Made by a program: the position numbers and the translations under genes. A stretch of DNA of 64,000 bases from Deltaproteobacteria bacterium (lineage in GTDB: Bacteria; Desulfobacterota; Desulfobacteria; Desulfobacterales; ETH-SRB1). Below, one piece after another: positions 1-8,207 of this stretch. The notes beneath the pieces are model-generated. The model did not search any database and was not told where the DNA came from. It saw nothing but the letters and a program-made list of their open reading frames with translations. The stretch is from contig JAJSZW010000001.1 in the NCBI GenBank assembly GCA_030262895.1, positions 16,360 to 80,359 on the forward strand, read 5' to 3'. Each line of letters begins with the position of its first letter. Positions within the stretch are counted from its first letter, which is position 1.

Positions 1-23
1 ATCCATTCCCATCCTCCCAGTCC

Positions 24-1526
24 TTAAAAGCTTGCAGGGACTGCAAACTGAATTACAGACGAAATGATCTTTCCGCTAAAGATGCCGAGGAGAATAACTC
101 CTGCAGCCGTGATAACAATAGGAACAAGCATAGTAAGAGGAGCCTCGTCTCTTTGTATCTCCTCATGTTTTGTTTCCCCGCCATTAAGGGCATATGCCGG
201 CTCCATCGGTTTTAAATAAGCGCATTCGATAACCCTGAAAAACAGCACAGCATTTATCAAGCTGCTGCATAAGAGCGCTGCCGCCCATACCCACTGCCCG
301 GCTTCGATAGTCCCCAGGATGAGATACCACTTGCTGAAAAAGCCACATGCCGGCGGTATACCAACCATGGAAAGAGCGGTTATCGTAAATGCGGCCATAG
401 TAAACGGCATTTTCTTGTTCAGGTGACGCAACTGTTGTATTTCCCGCGTTCCTGTCTTATACAATATAGCACCCACAACCAAAAACAGGCACGCCATCAT
501 AACAGCGTCGTTCATGATGTGAAGGATAGCCCCGGTAAGTCCCATTCGATTCGCTACACTCACACCAATAACAATATACCCGACTTCCGCTACAACAACA
601 TAAACAAGCATCCTCTTGAGGTCTGTTTGAGCAAGCGCTTTAATTCCTCCCCAAAAAATAGCCATGACTGACAGCCATCCCAATATGGGCATTACCGGCA
701 CCATGTTTACAGAAAAATTGGGCTGGAATACGGTAAACAATAGCCTAATCATCACATATGCAGCCACTTTGGTCATCAAAGGGGCAATCAGCGCACTCAC
801 CGCAGAAGGTGCAGTACAGTAAGCATCCGGCAGCCATGTATGCAATGGAAAGAGCCCTGCCTTAATGGCTAAACCAACAGTAAAAAAGGCAAAGGCGACA
901 AGAATAACCTTGGAGTGATACAGGTCCGGCAGGATATTAGCCAGATCCGCCATATTAAGGGAGCCGGTTGCTATATAAAGGTATCCAATACCTAACAGGT
1001 AAAAACATGCACCGATGGTACCTATGATAATATAATTAAAGGTGGCCATAGGCGCCCCTTCCTCACCGATTGCTATTAAGGCATAGCAGGAAAGCGCAGA
1101 TATCTCCAGGAATACAAAAAGATTGAATACATCACCAGTGATAACAATACCCATGAGTCCGGTGACGAGGAGAAGGAAAAGTGTATAAAAAGGAACTGTT
1201 TTCTCAGGGAGATTATCTTCAATACTCTTTTTTGAATAAATGGCAACAATCAGACTGATAGACGATACAATGACCAGCACAAATGCGCTAAGATGGTCCA
1301 GCATATATTCTATCCCCCAAGGAGGTGCCCAGCCACCCAGACGATAGGAAAATTTGCCTGTCGTCATAACAGTATTCAGCACACTTAAAGAGGAGATAAG
1401 AGGTATGACAAGGACGGCGACAACCCATGGATAACAAAGTCTCTTTTTCCACCACCCAATCACCGGGACAAAGAGGGAAGCAATCAAAGGAACTACTATA
1501 ATCAGCGCTGCAAATTGATCTGCCAT
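24..1526 (-). CDS. mnhD: Mrp/Mnh Na+/H+ antiporter subunit D (proton-conducting membrane subunit)
   Basis: 500 aa with many TM helices; motifs GWAPPWGIE, FNLFVFLEI, KAGLFPLHTWLPDAY, GIPPACGFFSKW; follows mnhC. Confidence 0.9.
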   Translation of the reverse strand: MADQFAALIIVVPLIASLFVPVIGWWKKRLCYPWVVAVLVIPLISSLSVLNTVMTTGKFSYRLGGWAPPWGIEYMLDHLSAFVLVIVSSISLIVAIYSKKSIEDNLPEKTVPFYTLFLLLVTGLMGIVITGDVFNLFVFLEISALSCYALIAIGEEGAPMATFNYIIIGTIGACFYLLGIGYLYIATGSLNMADLANILPDLYHSKVILVAFAFFTVGLAIKAGLFPLHTWLPDAYCTAPSAVSALIAPLMTKVAAYVMIRLLFTVFQPNFSVNMVPVMPILGWLSVMAIFWGGIKALAQTDLKRMLVYVVVAEVGYIVIGVSVANRMGLTGAILHIMNDAVMMACLFLVVGAILYKTGTREIQQLRHLNKKMPFTMAAFTITALSMVGIPPACGFFSKWYLILGTIEAGQWVWAAALLCSSLINAVLFFRVIECAYLKPMEPAYALNGGETKHEEIQRDEAPLTMLVPIVITAAGVILLGIFSGKIISSVIQFAVPASF

Positions 1527-1527
1527 T

Positions 1528-1917
1528 TTAGGCTCCTGTTTCCTTTCTGATCTTCAGGATCTCGTCTTCTTCTAACGTGTTATATTTTCTATAGATTAAA
1601 ATGAGTGAAGCAAGCGCAATGCCGGTTGTGGCTATAGACACCACAATAGCCGTAAGCATGAGTACGTGGGGCAATGGATTAATATAGTTGGCAACCTCGA
1701 TAGCTTCATGGCCGTGGCCATGCCCGGACAGTATCGGAACTGTCGCGCCTGCTTTCACACCTATAGAAACGTAAAAAAGGATTATCGCGGACTGGAATAT
1801 ATTCATTCCGATTAATTTCTTGACAAGATTTTTCTTGCCAATCATCGCATAAAGCCCGATCATCATCAGAATTATATATATCCAAAAGTTGTATTTGCTG
1901 ATTACGTAGTCGAGCAT
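1528..1917 (-). CDS. mnhC: Mrp/Mnh antiporter subunit C
   Basis: NLVKKLIGMNI and NPLPHVLMLTAIVV motifs; start placed at MLDYV (ORF track gives 1935). Confidence 0.88.
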   Translation of the reverse strand: MLDYVISKYNFWIYIILMMIGLYAMIGKKNLVKKLIGMNIFQSAIILFYVSIGVKAGATVPILSGHGHGHEAIEVANYINPLPHVLMLTAIVVSIATTGIALASLILIYRKYNTLEEDEILKIRKETGA

Positions 1918-1918
1918 A

Positions 1919-2203
1919 TCAGCCTCCTTCACCATTGCGCTTTTTTCTCAACATCAGAATGCAGCCAATCGCTGCCGTAAAGACTACTACGGTCTCACCC
2001 ATCGTGTCATAACTCCTGTAATCCGCAAGCACAGCAGTAACAATATTAGGGGTTGCCGTCTTTTCCGTGGCCTCCTGAATATACTGTGGTGAAACATGCG
2101 AACTGGCCGGAGAATTGGGATCACTCCACTTAGGCATGTCTTCAACGCCATATATGAGTAATGCGCCTGTCATAATGACTGCGATTAAAGCAATAACTTT
2201 CAA
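1919..2203 (-). CDS. MbhE-like / MnhB-related small antiporter subunit
   Basis: 94 aa; PNIVTAVLADYRSYDTMGE motif typical of the MrpA C-terminal/MbhE segment. Confidence 0.8.
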   Translation of the reverse strand: MKVIALIAVIMTGALLIYGVEDMPKWSDPNSPASSHVSPQYIQEATEKTATPNIVTAVLADYRSYDTMGETVVVFTAAIGCILMLRKKRNGEGG

Positions 2204-2445
2204 TCTTTTGACCTCCTTTTTGTTTTACTAACCGCTGCAATAAACAAGACTGTTCCGACTCCAGCGCCTACGGAAGCCTCGGTAAAGGCTACATCCACCG
2301 CCCCCATTTCCGTCCATAGGAGACACATAAAGAAACTGTAAGCGCCCAAAATAATAACAGCACCCAAAAGATCTTTTACATTAATAGCAGCAATCGCACA
2401 GATTATAATAAAAAGGCAGAGTATAAGATCAAGTTGCCAGATCAT
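2200..2445 (-). CDS. DUF4040 / MbhD-like antiporter subunit
   Basis: GAVDVAFTEASVGAG motif; ATG at 2445 overlaps the mnhG stop. Confidence 0.8.
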   Translation of the reverse strand: MIWQLDLILCLFIIICAIAAINVKDLLGAVIILGAYSFFMCLLWTEMGAVDVAFTEASVGAGVGTVLFIAAVSKTKRRSKD

Positions 2446-2768
2446 TTGCTTCCCTCCCTGGTCCATGGTTTGACACCGCACCGAAAAGCAGCTCTTGAAA
2501 TGGCGTGGGTTGCAGTGGGATTAGCCAAAAAAACAAAAACAGCGACAACGACTATCTTTATACTGTCTAAAATAGCCCCGTGATATGCTGCATGATATAT
2601 AGAAAGGCCGACAAGCGCTATAAGCACCGCCAGTGTGTCGCCTTTCCCCGTGGCATGCATCCGGGAATAAAAATCCGGAAAACGCAGGAAGCCAATGGTC
2701 CCTGTGGCAAAAAAGAAACAACCCACTAAAATCAGGATCATAGATATTCCTTTTACAATTTCCATCAA
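2442..2768 (-). CDS. mnhG: Mrp/Mnh antiporter subunit G
   Basis: RFPDFYSRMHATGKGDTL and NPTATHAISRAA motifs. Confidence 0.9.
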   Translation of the reverse strand: MMEIVKGISMILILVGCFFFATGTIGFLRFPDFYSRMHATGKGDTLAVLIALVGLSIYHAAYHGAILDSIKIVVVAVFVFLANPTATHAISRAAFRCGVKPWTREGSK

Positions 2769-3031
2769 ATTTCACCTCTCCCTTCAAAGTACTTTGCTGC
2801 CGCTAATGACCCGATAAAATTCAAAATAGCGTAAACCATGATGATATCCAAAAACATCTCTATCCTGCCATAGATAAAACCCATCAGCACCAGAACCACC
2901 AATGTTTTTGTGCCGATCGCTCCGACTCCTACAATCCGGTCTATAATAGTCGGCCCGTACACTACCCGATAGAGACAAAGTAAAACAAGCAAACAAAGGA
3001 AAATACTCACGCCTAAATAAAAATTTTCCAT
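2765..3031 (-). CDS. mnhF: Mrp/Mnh antiporter subunit F
   Basis: YRVVYGPTIIDRIV and LNFIGSLAAAKY motifs; 88 aa, 3 TM. Confidence 0.88.
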   Translation of the reverse strand: MENFYLGVSIFLCLLVLLCLYRVVYGPTIIDRIVGVGAIGTKTLVVLVLMGFIYGRIEMFLDIIMVYAILNFIGSLAAAKYFEGRGEI

Positions 3032-3103
3032 CTCAATACTCCAAAATTAGTTGTTAAGCTGATTAGCTGATTAGCTTAACAGCTTATTAGCCAGCTTATT
3101 GCT

Positions 3104-4039
3104 TTAATTAACCGTTAAGTTGTATTTATTAAGCTTTGAATACAATGTGCTGCGGCTCACATTAAGTTGTTTTGCAACTTTTAATTTGTTCCAGTTGTTC
3201 TCCTGCAAAATTTTCATAAGGAATCTTTTCTCATTTTCCTCAAAAGAGGTTATCCCTTCATTTTTTTCTTTTAACACTTCATGTAAAATGCGGGAAGGCA
3301 GTAACTCACGCTCAACTTTTTCACCCTTTGCCAGTAGGAAAGCGTGTTGTATTGAGTTTTCCAACTCCTTGACATTGCCTGGCCAGGAATAGTCCATTAA
3401 TATCTGCATTGTATCGGATGTAACACCGCTAACATTTTTCCCTATTTCTAGATTCAGTATTTCTAAAAAGCATTCTATTAGAAGGGGGATATCATCTTTC
3501 CTCTGCCTTAAGGAAGGCAGGTGTATATTAATTACATTCAGCATATAAGAAAATTCTTCATTAAAAGTTCCTTTTTCGACCTCTTTCCCAAGATCAGTAT
3601 TAACAGCGGCAATAATCCTGACATCTGTCTTAATCCTTTTTTTTCCTCCAAGCCTTTTTATAGACCCTTCCTGTAAAAAATCCTGAAGTTTGATCTGTGT
3701 CAATGGAGGCATTTTATCAATCTCACTCAAAAACACTGTGCCGCCATTATTCCGCTCCAGACATCCTTTCTTTTGAGATACCGCCCCTTCAAAGGCGCCT
3801 GTTTCATGACCAAAAAGTCCGCTTTCAACTATAAACCTCGGATAAGCTGAGCAGTTATACACATCAAAAGGTTTGTCTTTTCTTGAGCTGTTCAAATGGA
3901 TACATCTTGCCACCAATGCTTTCTCAGTACCCTCTTCACCCTGAACCACAACCGAGGTATCAGTAGGAGCCAGATTCAATATCATATTGTAGATCTGCTG
4001 CATTCTGGCAGACTGTTTATTGATCTCCTGTATCTTCAA
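3104..4039 (-). CDS. Degenerate sigma-54 enhancer-binding protein (AAA+ plus Fis HTH, no sensory domain)
   Basis: bEBP fold recognisable (WPGNVKELEN, HTH SRSTLY), but Walker A reads [13 protein letters not shown] reads GAFEGA, Walker B reads FLSEI and the R-finger region reads FNEEFSYML. Confidence 0.85.
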   Translation of the reverse strand: MKIQEINKQSARMQQIYNMILNLAPTDTSVVVQGEEGTEKALVARCIHLNSSRKDKPFDVYNCSAYPRFIVESGLFGHETGAFEGAVSQKKGCLERNNGGTVFLSEIDKMPPLTQIKLQDFLQEGSIKRLGGKKRIKTDVRIIAAVNTDLGKEVEKGTFNEEFSYMLNVINIHLPSLRQRKDDIPLLIECFLEILNLEIGKNVSGVTSDTMQILMDYSWPGNVKELENSIQHAFLLAKGEKVERELLPSRILHEVLKEKNEGITSFEENEKRFLMKILQENNWNKLKVAKQLNVSRSTLYSKLNKYNLTVN

Positions 4040-4530
4040 GCTCGCTTCCCTTGAATATTCTTTTCTTTTGAAGGAAGTCCTCCGGTTGCTATGTCTAAAA
4101 AGATCGAAATCATCGCAGCCATAACAGTGACCCCGACACCGACCTCAACGCCCAGAATACCGAGCGATCTTGCCTGCGCAATCCCCACATGCAGAATCTG
4201 ATCAAGTTCTGCATAGTCTAAAAAGTTACCTCCAAGTATTAAACACAACACCCCTATTCCTGCATATATAAAGACTCCTGTGCTACATAGAATGGTATTC
4301 AATTTCTCGCTCATCTTCCTTAAAGCATTGTCCAATCCATAGGTAATGACCAATAAAATAATACTTGCCCCAAGAATCACTCCACCTTGAAATCCTCCTC
4401 CAGGGCTGTAATGTCCATGAGCGATAACATACAGAGCATAAATCTGCATAAAGGGTATCAGCAGCCTGGAAAGTGTCTTTACAATAACGTCATCTGATTG
4501 TTTAGTCATCATATCGTTTACCCCGGTCAT
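4036..4530 (-). CDS. mnhB: Mrp/Mnh antiporter subunit B
   Basis: HGHYSPGGGFQGG and VEVGVGVTV motifs. Confidence 0.88.
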   Translation of the reverse strand: MTGVNDMMTKQSDDVIVKTLSRLLIPFMQIYALYVIAHGHYSPGGGFQGGVILGASIILLVITYGLDNALRKMSEKLNTILCSTGVFIYAGIGVLCLILGGNFLDYAELDQILHVGIAQARSLGILGVEVGVGVTVMAAMISIFLDIATGGLPSKEKNIQGKRA

Positions 4531-4548
4531 TTCCTAAGTCTTTTTGTT

Positions 4549-5262
4549 TTACTTTAGTGCTACAAAAACAGGTGCCATATCGAGAGTATCCTGTACATAT
4601 ACATGGTCGGCTTCCATGAATATATGCGCAATCCTGTCCTCCATCTCACCGGTCAGAAGGTCTTCAGCGGTCTTTTTACTCACAGCATGCACGTAATAAA
4701 CCCCATCTCTGATATCCAGGGTAATAGTTCCAGGCGTGAGAGTGATCGAATTGGCAAGTGTGACCAGAGAAATATCGCTTTCCAGTTTTGTCTTAAATTC
4801 TATTATCTTTGGATCTATCAGATTTTTTGGCCCCAAGGCTAATCTGGCAACATGCATGTTGGACAAAACGATCTGGTAGAGAAGCCATGGAATATAAGTA
4901 ATAAATCTTTTTACTATTACACGCATATCTCCTGCTCTTGGATTGGCAAAAAGAAGATCATGCGTTGCATGCGAAACCAGACCGCAACAAAGAATTCCGA
5001 TGCTGATATGAAATAAATCATAGTGCCCCGACAAGAGCAGCCAGCAACCAAACAAAATGATGAATGTTGCTGTAAATCTGGTAATCTCGGTCTTTGTTTG
5101 CCTGGCGCCTTTAAATATTGCCTCCACTCTTTTTCTTTGGACGGACTGGGCTTCTGAGGTTAATCGAGCAGCAATGTCCAAAACATCCTTGCTCCTCTCT
5201 CTTGCTTTCTCTAATATCTCAAAGGACTCATCCGTGGCCTGGACTAATATAGTTACTTCCAT
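4549..5262 (-). CDS. mnhE: Mrp/Mnh antiporter subunit E with a ~60 aa soluble N-terminal extension
   Basis: LANSITLTPGTIT motif; start moved to ATG 5262 (GAGG SD upstream) because the ORF-track start at 5316 lies inside a miniature element. Confidence 0.85.
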   Translation of the reverse strand: MEVTILVQATDESFEILEKARERSKDVLDIAARLTSEAQSVQRKRVEAIFKGARQTKTEITRFTATFIILFGCWLLLSGHYDLFHISIGILCCGLVSHATHDLLFANPRAGDMRVIVKRFITYIPWLLYQIVLSNMHVARLALGPKNLIDPKIIEFKTKLESDISLVTLANSITLTPGTITLDIRDGVYYVHAVSKKTAEDLLTGEMEDRIAHIFMEADHVYVQDTLDMAPVFVALK

Positions 5263-5283
5263 TCCGTTCCTCTTCTTTCTAAA

Positions 5284-5428
5284 TAGAGCCTGAACGAAAA
5301 CTGCTAATTTTTCCAATTTCTGCGCCAGGCTTAAATTTTAATCCTCAAAATACTCAATGTATTCCTGCGGTTAAAATTTGCGCCTTCCTTGAACTTGAAA
5401 AAATTTTCTAGTTTTCGTTCGGGCACTA
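5284..5428. mobile_element. MITE-like palindromic element (core-sharing family)
   Basis: Ends TAGAGCCTGAACGAAAAC / GTTTTCGTTCGGGCACTA (16/18 inverted match, TA on both sides); core shared with 14297 and 51076. Confidence 0.75.
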
Positions 5429-5487
5429 AATGTGGCCTTATTTTCCTGCGTTCACACAAAAAATACGTTTTCCGAATTCAAAACGTT

Positions 5488-6288
5488 TTATCTAAAAGGA
5501 ACCAGCAATGCAGGAACAGGGGTTCTCTCTACTACGTTGCACGAAGATTTTCCTACTAGAATATCTTTAAAGCTTTGCCCCGACGTTGTCCCCATAACTA
5601 TTGATGTAGAATTATAATCTTGCGCTGCAAGAATAATCTCATCAACAGTTTTGCCTGCATATACATGATATTCTGCGTCAATTCCCTCTTTTATGCATTT
5701 GTTGCGCGTTTCTCTTAATTTTTCCATAAGCTGTCTCAGATCACGCACAGTCAATTTCTTGTGTATTACATTTACAATATCAAGCTCGTTGATTAATTGC
5801 TTAAAACCAAGTATAATCTGAAGCGCTTTTTCAGATGCCTGGGACCAATCGGTCGCAAACAAAACACGCTCAAATGCCCCTTTTGAAGTAAGCTTCAATC
5901 CTGTTTCATCTTTGTCAACTATCAGAACAGGCACGCTTGCCTCCTTAATAAGCTTTTTAACAATAGGATCGCCAAACAAAATTCTTCTTTTCTTTTTATC
6001 AAAATGAACCACGGCGAATGATATCTGATTTTCATGGATTGTACTCAAAACACAACTGGGCAAATCTCCAGAGTCAAATCTTATAGAAGCTTTCAAGCCA
6101 TAGCTGTTTAATTTTTCTTTCCATTGCTCAAACAGCTCAAGAGCTGCATCATTCTTGTCTTTTTCTTCATCTATTACACAAAGGAAAATTATTTCCTTGA
6201 AGCCAATATCGCTAAAACCTGACAATCCTTCCAGCACCTTGGAACTTGGGCGCCTAAGATCTGTAGCATATAATATTTTTCCGGCCAT
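5488..6288 (-). CDS. Universal stress protein (tandem USP domains)
   Basis: KILYATD, RVLFATDWS, IVMGTT...GKSSCNVVERTPVPALLV. Confidence 0.85.
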   Translation of the reverse strand: MAGKILYATDLRRPSSKVLEGLSGFSDIGFKEIIFLCVIDEEKDKNDAALELFEQWKEKLNSYGLKASIRFDSGDLPSCVLSTIHENQISFAVVHFDKKKRRILFGDPIVKKLIKEASVPVLIVDKDETGLKLTSKGAFERVLFATDWSQASEKALQIILGFKQLINELDIVNVIHKKLTVRDLRQLMEKLRETRNKCIKEGIDAEYHVYAGKTVDEIILAAQDYNSTSIVMGTTSGQSFKDILVGKSSCNVVERTPVPALLVPFR

Positions 6289-6354
6289 TATCTCCCCTTT
6301 TTAATAGATATCAATCTTATTCTAGCCTTAAAAAACTAAATTTTATTTTGTTAA

Positions 6355-6370
6355 AGCAACTTTCGTGCCT
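6355..6370 (-). promoter_or_regulatory. Sigma-54 (-24/-12) promoter for the usp-mnh operon
   Basis: Minus strand reads AGGCACG-AAAG-TTGCT versus consensus TGGCACG-N4-TTGCW, ~67 bp upstream of the usp start. Confidence 0.75.
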
Positions 6371-6459
6371 TTATGATGCAAAATGTATGTCTGATCCTGT
6401 TTTTTCAGGTGTTACCAGAATTTGAAGCTGCAGGCATGAATAATATCATCAACACAAAG

Positions 6460-6563
6460 TGACCAAATTTTGGACATATAATAGTAATTTTTCAGAAACA
6501 TCTTTATATCTTTGAATAATATTATGTAGGATTTTTGTACACATTTTGCCTAAAAACTGTACA
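6460..6563. promoter_or_regulatory. Putative bEBP upstream activator sites
   Basis: Three 17-bp TG-N13-CA boxes: TGACCAAATTTTGGACA (6460), TGTAGGATTTTTGTACA (6525), TGCCTAAAAACTGTACA (6547), 90-190 bp upstream of the -24 element. Confidence 0.45.
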
Positions 6564-6880
6564 ACAATATTTTCCCATCTCTTTGAGCTTTAATACGCTT
6601 GTAAAAAAGGCCTTTTTTACAAGTAGTTGCGGATTTAGGACTTACAAATCATTAACGACTTGATAAAATTGGAAAAACCGCAATTTTTATACTTTTTTAC
6701 GAGATCATCAGTTTTAAAAAAGCTCAAGCGTGAACGCCTTCTTAACGCTCTTAATTGTGCTTAATAAACACTTGACAATTTAACAATTATCTGTTTAATT
6801 AATATTAAAAAAATTATAATTTAAAGATGAGGACTGATGTGCTCAGTTGACTGAAAAACTGTGATTAAGGAGGATATTCT

Positions 6881-7747
6881 ATGAATCTTAAAAAAATGCT
6901 GTTTGTGACCAATTTTGATAAATTGTGGTTTGACGCCCTGGAATCACTGATGGATCTCAGAAAATCAGGCCTTAATCATGTAGTTTTTCTCCATGTAATA
7001 GAAAAAGATAAAGTCGCAATGCGTCGTGGAAAAGGCTACCTCAAAGAGGAAGAGGTCGGTCTCAAACAAATGGCGGATGTGCGTTTTATAGATTGGGCCG
7101 AAAGCATATTTGAAAAAGGAATGGAATGCGGCGCCTATGTTGTAGTTGGTAATTATATCCCCAAGATTCTCTCAACGGCTGAAACAGAAAAAGCGGATCT
7201 CATAGTGATAGAATCCCATGAGAGGACAAAAGTAGAAAAACTGTACGTGGATTCAACGGTACTGGAACTCCTCCGGCGAGCCAAGACTCCTGTATTAGTG
7301 CATAAATATATGCTGCCATCGGGAAAGACCAACGAAAAGCCTTTTGAGGTACCCCTCTTTGCAACAGACTGGTCTTCTCCATGTGAAAGAGCATTGGAGC
7401 AGATTATCGACGTTAAAAACAGTGTTAAAAAAGTAGTAGTGGTTCATGTTGTCAGTGAGGATTCTATGAAGGGAAAATCTAAACATGACCTTCAAGTGCT
7501 TCAAAAAGAGAATAAGAAAAGGCTGGAAGATGTCCGTATTACTTTTGAAGACGAAGGAATAGAAACTGAGACTCATCTGTATATGGGAGAAGTTGTTCCG
7601 CAAATTGAAAACGCCTCGCGTGAACATGGCGCCACAATGATCATTACAGGCTCAACAGGGAAAGGAGCATGGCGAGAGCGATGGCTGGGAAGTATTTCTC
7701 AGCAATTGGCGGAATCATCGGAACTTCCCACGCTGTTAATACCTTAA
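6881..7747 (+). CDS. Universal stress protein (tandem USP domains)
   Basis: KKMLFVTNF, PLFATDWS, ITGSTGKG...LGSISQQLAE; strong AGGAGG SD. Confidence 0.87.
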   Translation: MNLKKMLFVTNFDKLWFDALESLMDLRKSGLNHVVFLHVIEKDKVAMRRGKGYLKEEEVGLKQMADVRFIDWAESIFEKGMECGAYVVVGNYIPKILSTAETEKADLIVIESHERTKVEKLYVDSTVLELLRRAKTPVLVHKYMLPSGKTNEKPFEVPLFATDWSSPCERALEQIIDVKNSVKKVVVVHVVSEDSMKGKSKHDLQVLQKENKKRLEDVRITFEDEGIETETHLYMGEVVPQIENASREHGATMIITGSTGKGAWRERWLGSISQQLAESSELPTLLIP

Positions 7748-7798
7748 AACCCGGTCGAGTTGTTAAATAGTGGAGTAGTCGAGTCATTATTAAAAATT

Positions 7799-7831
7799 AA
7801 AAAAGGCGGATAAGCAATTATCCGCCTTTTT
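7799..7831. terminator. Bidirectional rho-independent terminator
   Basis: AAAAAGGCGGATAA-GCAA-TTATCCGCCTTTTT between convergent genes. Confidence 0.8.
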
Positions 7832-7837
7832 AATTTC

Positions 7838-8000
7838 AACCTAAGTTGAGCGATTTTTTGCGAAGAAATGTGCCGAGATCTTAATGCAGCTAGGTTTGCG
7901 AAAAGCGTAGGCATACCAATGGATATGTCGAGACTTTTCGCAAGTCCTTGATGCGCAAGAGATTGGTGCAGGTCGAGTAAAAAATTGCTCAATTTAGGTT
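7838..8000. mobile_element. MITE-like palindromic element
   Basis: Ends AACCTAAGTTGAGCGATTTTTT / AAAAAATTGCTCAATTTAGGTT; partial copy at 26449-26502; matching right end at ~41840-41860. Confidence 0.72.
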
Positions 8001-8043
8001 CAATTCAGGCTGTTAAGTTTCCAGTTGGTTGCCTTGATCTTTT

Positions 8044-8207
8044 GTAACTACTCAGGTTGATAGGCTGAAGGCTGAAGACTGTTAGGAAAAAGCGCATTTT
8101 GAAGCCATGTTTGGTGCAAGAATCAGATGTTTCCGCTAAAGTACGGCAATCGTGCTCTTCTGACCCCTTCAGCCTTCAGCCTGACTACGTGACTACGTGA
8201 GTAGTTA
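8044..8207. repeat. GTAACTACTCAGG-terminated element with GCTGAAG/CTTCAGC heptamers (family A)
   Basis: Near-identical inverted copy at 56413-56584; terminal TTA doubles as the stop codon of the adjacent receiver gene. Confidence 0.85.

Noticed and set aside
1..18. Probable start of the next mnh gene (minus strand, GGAGG then ATG at 6)
   Set aside because: Only two codons lie in the window; the product cannot be supported.
6598..6710. Possible degenerate MITE ending TTTTTTACGAGATCATCA
   Set aside because: Only one convincing end; no second copy in the window.
7744..7992. 82-aa ORF, and similar short ORFs at 14272-14463, 23424-23606 and 56305-56529
   Set aside because: They are translations of palindromic repeat elements, with no protein motifs.
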